DNA from: an uncultured cyanobacterium | GTDB lineage: Bacteria > Cyanobacteriota > Cyanobacteriia > Cyanobacteriales > Nostocaceae | Length of the DNA: 64,000 nucleotides | Assembly: GCA_963706595.1 (NCBI GenBank) | Contig: OY970166.1 | Span: forward strand, 1,952,001 to 2,016,000 | Direction: 5' to 3' | Shown here: positions 1 to 9,954 of the stretch, one piece after another | How the letters are laid out: every line of letters begins with the position of its first letter | How positions within the stretch are numbered: position 1 is the first letter of the stretch | Translations under genes and position numbers: made by a program | The notes under the pieces: generated by a model | The model's database searches: none | The model's input: only the letters and a program-made list of their open reading frames with translations | What the model was told of the DNA's origin: nothing

Positions 1-285
1 CTCGCGTCTATTAATTTTGAAGATGACCAAAAAACACTTCAAGTTGAAGCCAATCAGCCCTTAACGAAGATCTGTGATGAGCATCCCGTTTCCATATTAT
101 TTGGTTGCCGCAGTGTTGCCTGTGGAACTTGCCTGATAGAAGTTATGAGTGGGATGGATAATCTTTCTCCCATTAGAGAGGAAGAGCAAATATTACTTGA
201 TATTTTAGTTCCAGATCATCCCAATGTTCGTCTAGCTTGTCAATGCGTAGTGCAGGGTGATATTCGGATTCGAGTAGCTGATTAA
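1..285 (+). CDS. 2Fe-2S ferredoxin-like protein (5'-partial)
   Basis: Frame 1 from base 1 reads LASINFEDD...FGCRSVACGTC...RLACQC...VAD*, with the Cx4Cx2C...C 2Fe-2S pattern; not in the ORF track because the start is outside the window. Confidence 0.85.
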   Translation, partial: LASINFEDDQKTLQVEANQPLTKICDEHPVSILFGCRSVACGTCLIEVMSGMDNLSPIREEEQILLDILVPDHPNVRLACQCVVQGDIRIRVAD

Positions 286-414
286 TTAAGAAATTTTACT
301 TCAAATAATTTTTATTATGGAGCCATAGTTCGAGACAGAAAGCTCACTCGAATTTCTCATCCATCTTACTTTGTACTTTTTCCATACTTCTGCCAATGGG
401 GAAATCATAAAATC

Positions 415-1803
415 ATGAAAACATCTAAGTTTTTACCAATTCTAAATCAACAAAATCTTCAGAAATCAGTCGTAAATGACAGAAATTTGGGATGTATTGA
501 GCAGGAGATGGAAAAGTTAAATAGTCGTGCTAAAACCTGGAATATAGTCACTATTAGTCGCATCAAAGGGCCTCTCAGGGCAGAAATTCTCAGACAGGCT
601 CTAGATATGATTCAGCTTCGCCACCCTAAACTTAATTCCCGGATTATTCGTTCTAGAACGAGACTTTGCTTTCAAACTGAAGGGACAGCAACAATCCCTT
701 TGCGTGTTGTGACAAAATTGGTTCATGAGCAGTGGCAAGAAGCCGTTAAAGAAGAAATGAACCAGGCAATTGATAGCAGCCAATGTCTAATGCGAGCCGT
801 CCTTGTTCACTGTCAGAGTAACAGCAATGAAAATTACTTGATTACAACAGGACATCATGCCGTTGGGGATGCTTTATCATCTATTCGACTGCATTCAGAA
901 ATTTTGACTTATTGTCAGCAAATTGTCTCCGGCAAGCTCATTAACCCAGTTTCTAGTTTACTGCCACTACCACCTGTAGAAGAACTATTACCCAAATGGA
1001 CAAAGAAGTTCAGAACTAAAATCAGCAATACACTATTTTTGTTGCAGCTTGGGTTACAGAAAATTTGGCATCGACCACAAACATTAGGCTTTGAAAAGTA
1101 TGCACCTATTGCCCAGCGTAGTTCTGATATTATTCACAGGCAACTTAACCCAGAGTTAACCCAACAGTTAATTAATTGTTGTCGGCAGGCAAATACAACT
1201 GTAAATAGTGCTTTATGTGCGGCAATGATGTTTATAATTGCCAATAAAATCGCTAAAAATAAAGACAAAGATATCAGAGTAAACTGCCTAACTTACCTTG
1301 ATTTACGGAGACATTTAGAATCCAAAATTAGCGATGAGCAGATGACTACATTAGCTTCATCTATTATGGGATTTTATACTATACGGACAAATACATCTTT
1401 CTGGGAATTAGCGCGGGAGGTAAAACAAAATGTTGAAGCTAGTAAAAAAGGCGGCGGTATGTATAAGATGATTTTAATTGCAAAGCAACTTATAGATTTT
1501 TCTTTAACCTATCCCCAGCAAGTAGCAGCTACAGTATCTGTATCTAATGCTGGTAGAGTCAATATCCCCAAAGATTATGGTGAATTTGAACTAGAAGAGA
1601 TCAGTTTTCTTGGTTCTCAGGCTCTGTATGCAGGTATGTTTGTTACTCATTCCGCAACTTTTGAAGGGAAAATGCTGTTGAATTTTGTATTTTCTGAACC
1701 TTCAATTAGTCGCAATACTATGGAGGATATTGTAAATCAACTCATGTCCTATCTTTCTCATATTTGTAACTTAAAAGTTGAGCCGAATTTAACTAAAATT
1801 TAA
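415..1803 (+). CDS. Condensation-domain / PapA5-like (CAT-fold) acyltransferase
   Basis: HHxxxD motif (GHHAVGD), RHPxL, DLR and SNAG motifs. Confidence 0.8.
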   Translation: MKTSKFLPILNQQNLQKSVVNDRNLGCIEQEMEKLNSRAKTWNIVTISRIKGPLRAEILRQALDMIQLRHPKLNSRIIRSRTRLCFQTEGTATIPLRVVTKLVHEQWQEAVKEEMNQAIDSSQCLMRAVLVHCQSNSNENYLITTGHHAVGDALSSIRLHSEILTYCQQIVSGKLINPVSSLLPLPPVEELLPKWTKKFRTKISNTLFLLQLGLQKIWHRPQTLGFEKYAPIAQRSSDIIHRQLNPELTQQLINCCRQANTTVNSALCAAMMFIIANKIAKNKDKDIRVNCLTYLDLRRHLESKISDEQMTTLASSIMGFYTIRTNTSFWELAREVKQNVEASKKGGGMYKMILIAKQLIDFSLTYPQQVAATVSVSNAGRVNIPKDYGEFELEEISFLGSQALYAGMFVTHSATFEGKMLLNFVFSEPSISRNTMEDIVNQLMSYLSHICNLKVEPNLTKI

Positions 1804-1871
1804 CCTGTATTTAGGTCATTGCTGAGGAGATAGTAAAACAGGACAAATGTAAACGCTTATAAATATAAAAC

Positions 1872-3206
1872 ATGATTGATAACAGAAAGCTAGGACAGCT
1901 TGAGCAGGTTATGGAAAAGTTAAATAGCCGTGCTAAAACCTGGAACATAGTCACTATCAGCCGCATCAAAGGACCTCTCAATGCAGAAATTCTCAGACAG
2001 GCTCTAGATATAATTCAGCTTCGCCACCCTCGACTTAATTCGAGGATTATTTATGCTCGCAACAGTCTCCGCTTTCAAACGGAAGGAACAACAAAGATTC
2101 CTTTACGTGTTGTCAAAACCTTTGATGATGAACAGTGGCAAGAAATTGTTCGTGAAGAGATGAACCAGGAAATTGATAGCAGTAAATGTCTGATGCGAGC
2201 CGTGCTTGTTCATATCCAGAGCGAAAGCCATGTAAATTACCTGATTACCACAGGACATCACGCCATTGGAGATGGACTATCCTCTATCCAACTTCATTCA
2301 GAAATATTAACTTATTGCCAACAAATTGTAGCTGGAGAATTACGTAATTCAGTTGTTAGCTTGTTCCCACTTCCACCCATAGAAGAACTATTACCTCCAG
2401 AAACAAAGGGGTTAAAAGGTAAAATACTTAGCACACTATTTTTTTTACAAATAGCGTTGCAAAAACTTTTTAATCCTCCAGCAACATTAGGTTTTGAAAA
2501 GTATGCACCCATTGGTAAACGTCGTTGTGATATTGTTCATAGACAGCTTGACCCAGAGATAACCCAACAGTTAGTTTATCGTTGTCGCCAAGAAAATACC
2601 ACAGTAAATAGTGCTTTATCTGCTGCCATGATGTTTGCAGTGGCCAGCAAAATAAAAAAAGGTAATCGCCAAAAAATCCAGATGAATTGCCTCACAGCTA
2701 TTGATTTGAGAAAACGTTTAAGAACTCAAATTAATGAGCATCAGATGGCTGTTTTAGTCTCATCTATGATAGGGTTTTATACCATCAAGACCAACACATC
2801 GTTCTGGGAATTAGCGCGGGAGGTCAAGCAAAATATTGAAACTAGTATTCAGCGCGGTGATATCTTTAAAATGATATTAGTATCCCGGCATCTGATAAAT
2901 TTCTGTTTTGCTTCCCCTAAACAATTAGCTGGGACAGTATTGCTATCCAATGTTGGCAAAGTAAACATACCTAAAAACTACGGTGAATTTGAATTAGAAG
3001 AAATCAGTTTTACTAGCTCGCAGTCTTTGTATGCAGGAATGTTAACAAGTCATACTGCGACTTTTAGAGGAAAAATGATGTTGAATTTCGTGTTTTCTGA
3101 GCCTTCAATCAGTCGCGATACTATGGAAGAACTGGTAAACAATTGTATGCTTTATATTTCTCATGTTTGTCACCTCAAAATTCAGCAAAATTTAACGAAT
3201 GTTTGA
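1872..3206 (+). CDS. Condensation-domain / PapA5-like acyltransferase, tandem paralog
   Basis: GHHAIGDG, RHPRL, DLR, SNVG; colinear and highly similar to the preceding gene. Confidence 0.8.
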   Translation: MIDNRKLGQLEQVMEKLNSRAKTWNIVTISRIKGPLNAEILRQALDIIQLRHPRLNSRIIYARNSLRFQTEGTTKIPLRVVKTFDDEQWQEIVREEMNQEIDSSKCLMRAVLVHIQSESHVNYLITTGHHAIGDGLSSIQLHSEILTYCQQIVAGELRNSVVSLFPLPPIEELLPPETKGLKGKILSTLFFLQIALQKLFNPPATLGFEKYAPIGKRRCDIVHRQLDPEITQQLVYRCRQENTTVNSALSAAMMFAVASKIKKGNRQKIQMNCLTAIDLRKRLRTQINEHQMAVLVSSMIGFYTIKTNTSFWELAREVKQNIETSIQRGDIFKMILVSRHLINFCFASPKQLAGTVLLSNVGKVNIPKNYGEFELEEISFTSSQSLYAGMLTSHTATFRGKMMLNFVFSEPSISRDTMEELVNNCMLYISHVCHLKIQQNLTNV

Positions 3207-3326
3207 CTAAAATATTCTGGTTGGTTTTTGAGACTAATCATGAATTCTAGCTACCAGAATAATGCTGGGCTATGTATTTTATCACCGCTAGCACTATCTA
3301 TAATCCGTTACTTTAGAGGTAAAACA

Positions 3327-3632
3327 ATGAACCAACCTAATCCTAATCCCAGTGCCATTGAATCTTATACTGTAGAAGAAATTGAAGCTTGGCTAGTCTC
3401 TCAAATTGCTGAACAGTTGAGTATTCAAACCGATGAAATAGATGTGAAAGAACCTTTAGATAGCTACGGATTAGATTCAGCCCAAGCGATGATGCTGGCA
3501 AATAAAACAGAAAATTTTCTGGGATTTAAGCTGTCTCCTATGCTGCTGTGGCATTACCCCACAATTGCATCACTATCCAAGCGCTTAGTCGAAGAAATAG
3601 AAGGCTCCGAGTCTGATATCTTTCAGATTTAA
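3327..3632 (+). CDS. Stand-alone acyl/peptidyl carrier protein
   Basis: YGLDSA phosphopantetheine-attachment motif and YPTIASL; GAGG RBS before ATG 3327. Confidence 0.85.
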   Translation: MNQPNPNPSAIESYTVEEIEAWLVSQIAEQLSIQTDEIDVKEPLDSYGLDSAQAMMLANKTENFLGFKLSPMLLWHYPTIASLSKRLVEEIEGSESDIFQI

Positions 3633-3670
3633 TTACTAATATTTTGCAACAATTGGGGAATTTTGAAACT

Positions 3671-5542
3671 ATGGAAGCATCAGAACTTGTAACGAACCTC
3701 ACTGATAAAGGAGTTTATCTTTGGGTTGATAATGACAAACTGAAGATTCGTTCTCCCAAGGGTATAATTACCCCAGAAATCCAGGCAAATCTCATTGCTT
3801 ACAAAACAGAAATTTTGGCTTTTATCTGCGAGAAGGATATCACTAAAAACACTGAGGTTGTGCCTCTGATACAGGGGCTAAATGTGCAAACTATTGGACG
3901 TTTGATTGGGGGATTTGCGGGTAAAAGCACTGTGGAATATAAACCACCTATTATTGACCCTAAAAAGATGGCTCAACAGTTAATGGTGACATTTAAACCT
4001 TTGCCAAAAAACTATAAAAAGTCAGAAATTTTGCAATTCCGCCAAGAATTAGAAAATTATCTCAAGGAATATGGTGTTAAAATCATTCCTTGGGAGCAAG
4101 CAACCACAGAGTTTACCTATGACATCTTATTGCCGATAATTAACCAGAAAAAAATCTTTAAAGTGAGGGGAGTTAGAGCCGAAATTAATGCTGTTATTGA
4201 TGTAGAAAATTCTCCATCTGCACTCAGGAAGCTGGGAATTTGTGCTGCGGAAAATTGGTACAAATTTTATTGCGACTTTATGTTGAAAAACCGAGAAATT
4301 TCGGTATTAAATATTGCCAGATTTAGTAGCTGGGCTGAAGACCACGCAGCCAAATATGTTGAAGATCCTACTAATACTCAGGTAATAATTTTAACCGAAA
4401 TAGATCATGATTTCATTAACCCAGAGATACCATATCAACAAAAAATTAATATTGGTTTAAATACTTTAGTTAGAACTTTTTCGGAAATTGTCATTGGAGT
4501 TGCTGTTGATAAAATTTCTATTTTAAATATGAATCTTTCCGACTCTATCTTCCCAAAACAAGAAATGAAAGAGTTTGTTTTTAAATCACTAATCCCAAAG
4601 GTTTTTGTGCCAATTTCTCCACTTTTATTGAATCGTTTTGAAATAGGAGAGTATCAATCAGAAAAATCTATTTTTGCGAAAAAATTAGTAAAATTGGGTC
4701 AAGAACTTGCATTAACAGGTCTATTTCCTCCTGGGTTTAAACTGAATGAAGTAATTAAAAGAAAGTCTCATAGAGATATTGTCAATGTGATTGTGAACGG
4801 TAGAACAGGTGTTTCTTATGGGTTTGTGGCTTATGCTGAACCTCCGCAATATTTTGGGGCTAAGGAAATAAATGTAGCTGAATGGGAAAAATTATCCCCT
4901 GTTGAGGGATTTACCAGTAATGAACTTCGTCAAAATGAACAAGGTAGACGTTATCTCAAAACCCAAATAAGAGGAGAAAATGTATTTAAGCAAATACCAG
5001 ATATTTGGCTGGTTAGCGCTCGTTCAGGGTCAAACAAAACCAATTTGAATATTGCCAGTGATGTGATTAGAATTGGTTTGAAAGACAAATTATATCTGGA
5101 ACTACCTGAAGGTATTCAGACAAACAAGGTAGATATCAAACCTTCTTATGATATCTACGTAATGCTGGCAATTAGTCTGTCTGCGGCTTTATATACGCCA
5201 GATTTAATTAAAGATGGTGCGCCAATTGTCCATTTTCACGGTTATCCGGCATTTGATTGGTTTAAACCGCATGAGTACTGTGTGGGAGTACACAACCCTT
5301 CTGTGCCTTGCGGTACTTATGAATCGGGTGTGTTCAATTTTTTGGGGATTTCTAGTTTAGCAAATCAACCGACAGCAAATATGTCTTTAATCAGTCTAGT
5401 AGAACCAGATCATGGGACTAATTTTATCGGACATGATTTGGAGTACCTTGTGGAAAGGTTGAAAACTGGTTGTGCTGAGGGGCAAATTGAGTTAGGTGGT
5501 AAGCATTTTGCTTCTCTGAAGGCTAAAGTAGAAAAATCTTGA
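3671..5542 (+). CDS. Protein with NRPS-type (TubC-like) N-terminal docking domain and C-terminal class II aldolase-like domain
   Basis: N-terminal GVYLWVDNDKLKIRSPKG...KTEILAF; C-terminal SGSNK, HFHG, PCGT and EPDHG resemble class II aldolase metal/phosphate motifs. Confidence 0.55.
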   Translation: MEASELVTNLTDKGVYLWVDNDKLKIRSPKGIITPEIQANLIAYKTEILAFICEKDITKNTEVVPLIQGLNVQTIGRLIGGFAGKSTVEYKPPIIDPKKMAQQLMVTFKPLPKNYKKSEILQFRQELENYLKEYGVKIIPWEQATTEFTYDILLPIINQKKIFKVRGVRAEINAVIDVENSPSALRKLGICAAENWYKFYCDFMLKNREISVLNIARFSSWAEDHAAKYVEDPTNTQVIILTEIDHDFINPEIPYQQKINIGLNTLVRTFSEIVIGVAVDKISILNMNLSDSIFPKQEMKEFVFKSLIPKVFVPISPLLLNRFEIGEYQSEKSIFAKKLVKLGQELALTGLFPPGFKLNEVIKRKSHRDIVNVIVNGRTGVSYGFVAYAEPPQYFGAKEINVAEWEKLSPVEGFTSNELRQNEQGRRYLKTQIRGENVFKQIPDIWLVSARSGSNKTNLNIASDVIRIGLKDKLYLELPEGIQTNKVDIKPSYDIYVMLAISLSAALYTPDLIKDGAPIVHFHGYPAFDWFKPHEYCVGVHNPSVPCGTYESGVFNFLGISSLANQPTANMSLISLVEPDHGTNFIGHDLEYLVERLKTGCAEGQIELGGKHFASLKAKVEKS

Positions 5543-5669
5543 GTTGATTTAGGGATTTATCAGAAATAAATTCAGCGAATAAACTAACCACTCCAGGCAC
5601 AGATAACGCTGATGAATAAGCCAGGGAGATGTTTTAGAGAAGGTCTCTAGGAAGATTTTAGCAAAAGCA

Positions 5670-5941
5670 TATAGCGGTTCTCGGTTGAGTGAGATACAAG
5701 AACCCCACCCCCAACCCCCTCCCCGCAAGCGCTACCGTGTACACACAAGTGGGGAAATTCTCTTTTGTGTCATAAGACCCCACCCCCAGCCCCTCCCCGC
5801 AAGCGAGGAGGGGAGCAGGATTTTTGTTTGAATACTGTTTCTAGGGCTGAAAATTAGCTCTAGTCCAATTTGTGTATACACCGTAGCCCCGCAAGCGAGG
5901 AGGGGGCTATGATGTATTTCATTCAAGTGGATACCGCTATA
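5670..5941. mobile_element. MITE-like element (TIR TATAGCGGT) carrying a nested 155-bp MITE (5732-5886)
   Basis: Outer TIRs tatagcggt/accgctata; inner TIRs ctaccgtgtacacacaa/ttgtgtatacaccgtag flanked by 11-bp direct repeat ccccgcaagcg. Confidence 0.75.
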
Positions 5942-6135
5942 TTAAATTTTCACCTGATGTCTAATCATTCAAAAACCTCACCCTGCTTTTGTTATGCAAA
6001 AGCTGTCCCTCTCCTTGGTAAGGAGAGGGTTTTGTTCAGCAGTTTTCATTTATCTGTATACGCTGCGGGAAGCCGCTAAAGCTGATTTTTTGATGTTCTA
6101 AACTGAGTGGTAAACTGCTGCAATTCATCGCATTA

Positions 6136-7056
6136 TTAGCTACGGATATTAATGCGGTCAACTAAAGGAGGGGCGCTGGAACCATTACCGTCTGTTTGCC
6201 GATTTTGGGGCGTACCGTGTAATTTTGGTTCTGGTTGTGGTGGTTGCGGTTCTGGACCCAGAGGTTGGGGATGTTCAATATATTCAAATTCTCCTTTACC
6301 ATCCATTGAACGCCCTTTTGCCCAACGACCTTCGGCGCTTTCATTACCATCTGAGTGATTCCAGAACTGATAAGCAACTTCGCGTTTCTCTAATTCCAGA
6401 GGGAAGGAACTGGGAACCGGAGTACTTTCTAGTCCTGATTCTTTTAGATCCTCAATGGCTGCTTCCCACTGATTTTGATGCATGGTGTCACGAGCAATCA
6501 TAAAGCTTAAGGTATCTTTCACCCCAGGATCATCGGACATTTCATAGAGTCGCACTGCTTGCAAACGTCCCTGAGATTCGGCATGGAGATTAGAGCGAAA
6601 ATCTGCCATGAGGTTGCCGCTAGCGACGATAAAGCGACCATTCCAAGGGAAGCCCACGCTGTCAGCCGGCATTGCACCTAAACCGGAAACGATCGCGTGT
6701 TGAGGGTTCATGGCTGCTGCCATAATCATCTCGCGTGGATTTGTACCACCCATCACCGCACCGACTACGGCATCTTTCGCCCCTTCTTCTTGGACTTTCA
6801 CTGGGGCTTTATCTAGGAGATGGGCGATCGTTGTCGCTAGCATCTCGATGTGACCGATTTCTTCAGTGCCGATATCTAGCAGCATATCCCTGTACTTAGC
6901 AGGGCCTCGGCAGTTCCAACCTTGAAATAGGTATTGCATCATCACGGTCATTTCGCCAAATGTACCACCGATGAGTTCTTGCATTTTCATCGCGTAGACT
7001 GCATCTGGTTTTTGTGGTGGCTTGAAATACTGTAACTTTTTCTGGTGATAAAACAT
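6136..7056 (-). CDS. Manganese catalase
   Basis: GGTFGEM, DIGTEEIGHIE, N...AE and RDTMHQ dimanganese ligand motifs. Confidence 0.92.
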   Translation of the reverse strand: MFYHQKKLQYFKPPQKPDAVYAMKMQELIGGTFGEMTVMMQYLFQGWNCRGPAKYRDMLLDIGTEEIGHIEMLATTIAHLLDKAPVKVQEEGAKDAVVGAVMGGTNPREMIMAAAMNPQHAIVSGLGAMPADSVGFPWNGRFIVASGNLMADFRSNLHAESQGRLQAVRLYEMSDDPGVKDTLSFMIARDTMHQNQWEAAIEDLKESGLESTPVPSSFPLELEKREVAYQFWNHSDGNESAEGRWAKGRSMDGKGEFEYIEHPQPLGPEPQPPQPEPKLHGTPQNRQTDGNGSSAPPLVDRINIRS

Positions 7057-7358
7057 TGGGTTTCCTACTTAATTGATGGCATCTGGCAATACACAAATTA
7101 AATGTGAGTTTTGTGTTGCAGATACTTTCTAGGAAACTAGCCAATTCTGATGTCTACATCATGCTGGCGGGATATAAAAATATGGCAGAGTTTATAACTA
7201 CAGATATACACAAAAATAGCTAAATTATCTGTGTTGAGATATATTATTGGTCTGGGTTTTAACAGTTATCAGTTACCAGTCAAGAGACATAAGCTAATCG
7301 GCATTTAACTTGCATAAAATGGGCGGGCATCTTTGCCCACCCCACAAGATTGATTATA

Positions 7359-7700
7359 TTAATTCTCATCTCGGCCATGAATTTGAGCAGGTGGACTGGT
7401 GGCTTCAACTGCTGTGAATGGTTCGAGGATTTTGTAAGTATGATTTGCACCTTTTGGTACTACCCAGGAACTTCCAGGTTCTAATAAAATCATTTGTCCT
7501 TCTATGTGCAGTTCTGCGCGGCCTTTAATTGCATAGCCAACTGTTTCGTATTCGCGGGAGGTTGGTTGTTTATCGGCGCTTGGTTGTTCGTCTTCCCAAA
7601 GACGCATAGATATTGATTTGCCAGAGGCTAAATATTTCTGACCGAGTTGACCTTTGGGGGAATGGCTGGAGTCTATTTTTTTAACACTTGTGTCAGTCAT
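7359..7700 (-). CDS. Cupin domain protein
   Basis: YETVGYAIKG...LEPG..WVVPKGANH cupin pattern. Confidence 0.8.
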   Translation of the reverse strand: MTDTSVKKIDSSHSPKGQLGQKYLASGKSISMRLWEDEQPSADKQPTSREYETVGYAIKGRAELHIEGQMILLEPGSSWVVPKGANHTYKILEPFTAVEATSPPAQIHGRDEN

Positions 7701-7715
7701 AATTAATTAACCAGT

Positions 7716-8885
7716 TTATGGTTTGAGTACAACTTTGATGCAGTTATCTTTTTTGTGCTTGAAAATTTCGTAGGCGTGGGGTGCTTGTTCTAGAGGTAGA
7801 CTGTGGGTGATCACAAATGATGGATCGATTTCACCGTTTTGAATACGTTCTAGTAATGGTTGTAAATACCTATGGACGTGTGTTTGTCCCATTTTGAAGG
7901 TGAGGCCTTTGTTCATGGCTGCACCCATTGGCATTTTGTCGATAAAGCCACCGTAAACTCCTGGGATTGAGACTTTACCAGCTTTACTACAAGTTAAAAT
8001 TACTTGCCTTAAGGCTGTTGGGCGGTCTGTTTCTAGGCGTACTGTTTGTTTTACTTGGTCGTATAAAGCCATAAAGTCTGTACCATGTGCTTCCATACCC
8101 ACTGCATCAATGCAAGCGTCGGGGCCACGTCCGCCGGTCATTTCTTTGAGGGCTTCCCCAACTTCGATGTCTTCGTAGTTGAGAACTTCGGCTTTGCCGT
8201 ATTCTTTCGCCATTTGTAGGCGTTCGGGAATGCGATCGCACGCTATAACTCTTTCTGCACCCAGGAGATAAGCGCTGAGGATGGCAAATTGTCCCACAGG
8301 TCCGCAACCCCACACAGCCACGGTATCACCGGGTTTGATGTCGCAGTTCTCAGCAGCCATGTAGCCTGTGGGAAAGATGTCTGTTAAAAACAATACTTGT
8401 TCATCTGTTAAATTATCGGGTATTTTGAACAAGCCGACATCGGCAAAGGGGACTCTCGCATATTCGGCTTGACCACCTGCGTAACCACCCAATAAGTGAG
8501 AATAGCCAAATATACCGGATGGTGAGTAGCCCATTAATTTTTCTGCCATCCAAGCATTCGGGTTGGAGTTGTCGCACAATGACCATAATTGCTGTTGACA
8601 AAATAGACAACCTCCGCAAGATATGGTGAAGGGAACTACTACGCGATCGCCTATTTGCAGATTTTTGACTTTACTCCCTAATTCAACGACTTCTCCCATG
8701 AATTCGTGACCCAGGATATCGCCTTTTTCCATTGCGGGAATATAGCCGTTATAAAGATGCAAGTCTGAACCGCAAATGGCGGTGGAAGTAATTTTGACTA
8801 TGGCATCACGCGGGTTGATAATTTTGGGATCAGGTACTGTTTCTACCCGCACATTGTTTGCTCCGTGCCAGCAAACTGCTTTCAT
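7716..8885 (-). CDS. Zn-dependent alcohol dehydrogenase (formaldehyde dehydrogenase-like, MDR family)
   Basis: CGSDLH, GHE, structural Zn Cys cluster, GCGPVG. Confidence 0.9.
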   Translation of the reverse strand: MKAVCWHGANNVRVETVPDPKIINPRDAIVKITSTAICGSDLHLYNGYIPAMEKGDILGHEFMGEVVELGSKVKNLQIGDRVVVPFTISCGGCLFCQQQLWSLCDNSNPNAWMAEKLMGYSPSGIFGYSHLLGGYAGGQAEYARVPFADVGLFKIPDNLTDEQVLFLTDIFPTGYMAAENCDIKPGDTVAVWGCGPVGQFAILSAYLLGAERVIACDRIPERLQMAKEYGKAEVLNYEDIEVGEALKEMTGGRGPDACIDAVGMEAHGTDFMALYDQVKQTVRLETDRPTALRQVILTCSKAGKVSIPGVYGGFIDKMPMGAAMNKGLTFKMGQTHVHRYLQPLLERIQNGEIDPSFVITHSLPLEQAPHAYEIFKHKKDNCIKVVLKP

Positions 8886-8994
8886 AATGATTTATCCTTA
8901 TTTATTAGTATCCTCTCGTGGTTTGCTTGGAGTTTGAATATTTTTTCAACCACAGAGGACGCAGAGAGAGAAGATTTTTTGCTCTCTTGTGCGC

Positions 8995-9381
8995 TTATGG
9001 TCTATTTTCTTGATAATATCCGTGTCGAGTGCCTGTAATTGGTTCTACGGTATCTTCAACTTGGGTTTGAACTGAGTCTAAAAACTCTTTTGTAGCTCTA
9101 GGCGTTGGTTCATCTAGGTTGAGCTTTTCTCGCACATTCTCAGCAGTTTCTTTGAGGTTTTTCTGAACATGATCAATCTGTTGGTCGTTTCTGATGGAGG
9201 CACTATCAGGCGTACCTTTGTAATAAATGCCTTCGGGAGTTTTTACGGTGTCAGCTTTCGCTAACATCAGATCATTCCCGTAGTTAAAAGTCTGAAATGA
9301 GAAAAAAGCAAAACCGATCAGAAAAATTACGATAATTTGGCGCAGAAGGATATTTTGTAACCAAGAAAATAGGCGTTTCAT
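8995..9381 (-). CDS. Hypothetical exported/membrane-anchored protein of the stress cluster
   Basis: N-terminal hydrophobic segment; GAGG RBS before MKRLF. Confidence 0.65.
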   Translation of the reverse strand: MKRLFSWLQNILLRQIIVIFLIGFAFFSFQTFNYGNDLMLAKADTVKTPEGIYYKGTPDSASIRNDQQIDHVQKNLKETAENVREKLNLDEPTPRATKEFLDSVQTQVEDTVEPITGTRHGYYQENRP

Positions 9382-9411
9382 AAAAATCCTCACTCAATTG
9401 TAATTGGATAA

Positions 9412-9954
9412 CTATTTTTGTCCGGTGGGCTGTCCCTCGGTGGTGGCAATTTCACCCGTTTCCATCAACATTTTGAAACGGCGTAAATCATCACCAATCT
9501 GCTGTTTTGGTTCTTCACCAAATAATTTGGCGATCGCAACACCTAAAGCCCCACCTGGAGGGTTATATTTAAGAACAACTTTGACTTCTGTACCGCGATC
9601 GCCTGGGGCTGCTTGAAAACGCACAAAACCAGAGTTATCCACATCTGCACCAGCTACAGAAGCCCAAGAAATAAACTCGTTTTCTCGGTCTTCTATAATG
9701 TCTGCGTCCCATTTCACACTCTGCCCCAAGGGAGCGTTAGCAACCCAATGGGAACGCTGTTCGTTATACACTTTCACAAGTTTGAGATGTTTCATAAATG
9801 TGGGCAGATTCTCAAAGTTGTGCCAAAAGCGGTACAGTTCATCTGCTGGTTTATTGATAGTTACTGTTTTTTCAACTTTGATGGGTTCGTTCATAAAGAA
9901 AGTGCTAAATAACTTTATTTCTCCCTTGCTTCCTGCCCCTCTGCCTCCATCCAC
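9412..9954 (-). CDS. SRPBCC (polyketide cyclase/dehydrase-like) family protein; start uncertain
   Basis: LYRFWHNFENLPTFM, WDADI, YNPPGG, DDLRRFKMLMETGEI. Confidence 0.85.
   Translation of the reverse strand: MDGGRGAGSKGEIKLFSTFFMNEPIKVEKTVTINKPADELYRFWHNFENLPTFMKHLKLVKVYNEQRSHWVANAPLGQSVKWDADIIEDRENEFISWASVAGADVDNSGFVRFQAAPGDRGTEVKVVLKYNPPGGALGVAIAKLFGEEPKQQIGDDLRRFKMLMETGEIATTEGQPTGQK

Noticed and set aside
5732..6079. Short ORFs 5732-5926 and 5870-6079 (also 19280-19483, 23716-23990)
   Set aside because: They are chance translations of REP/MITE sequence
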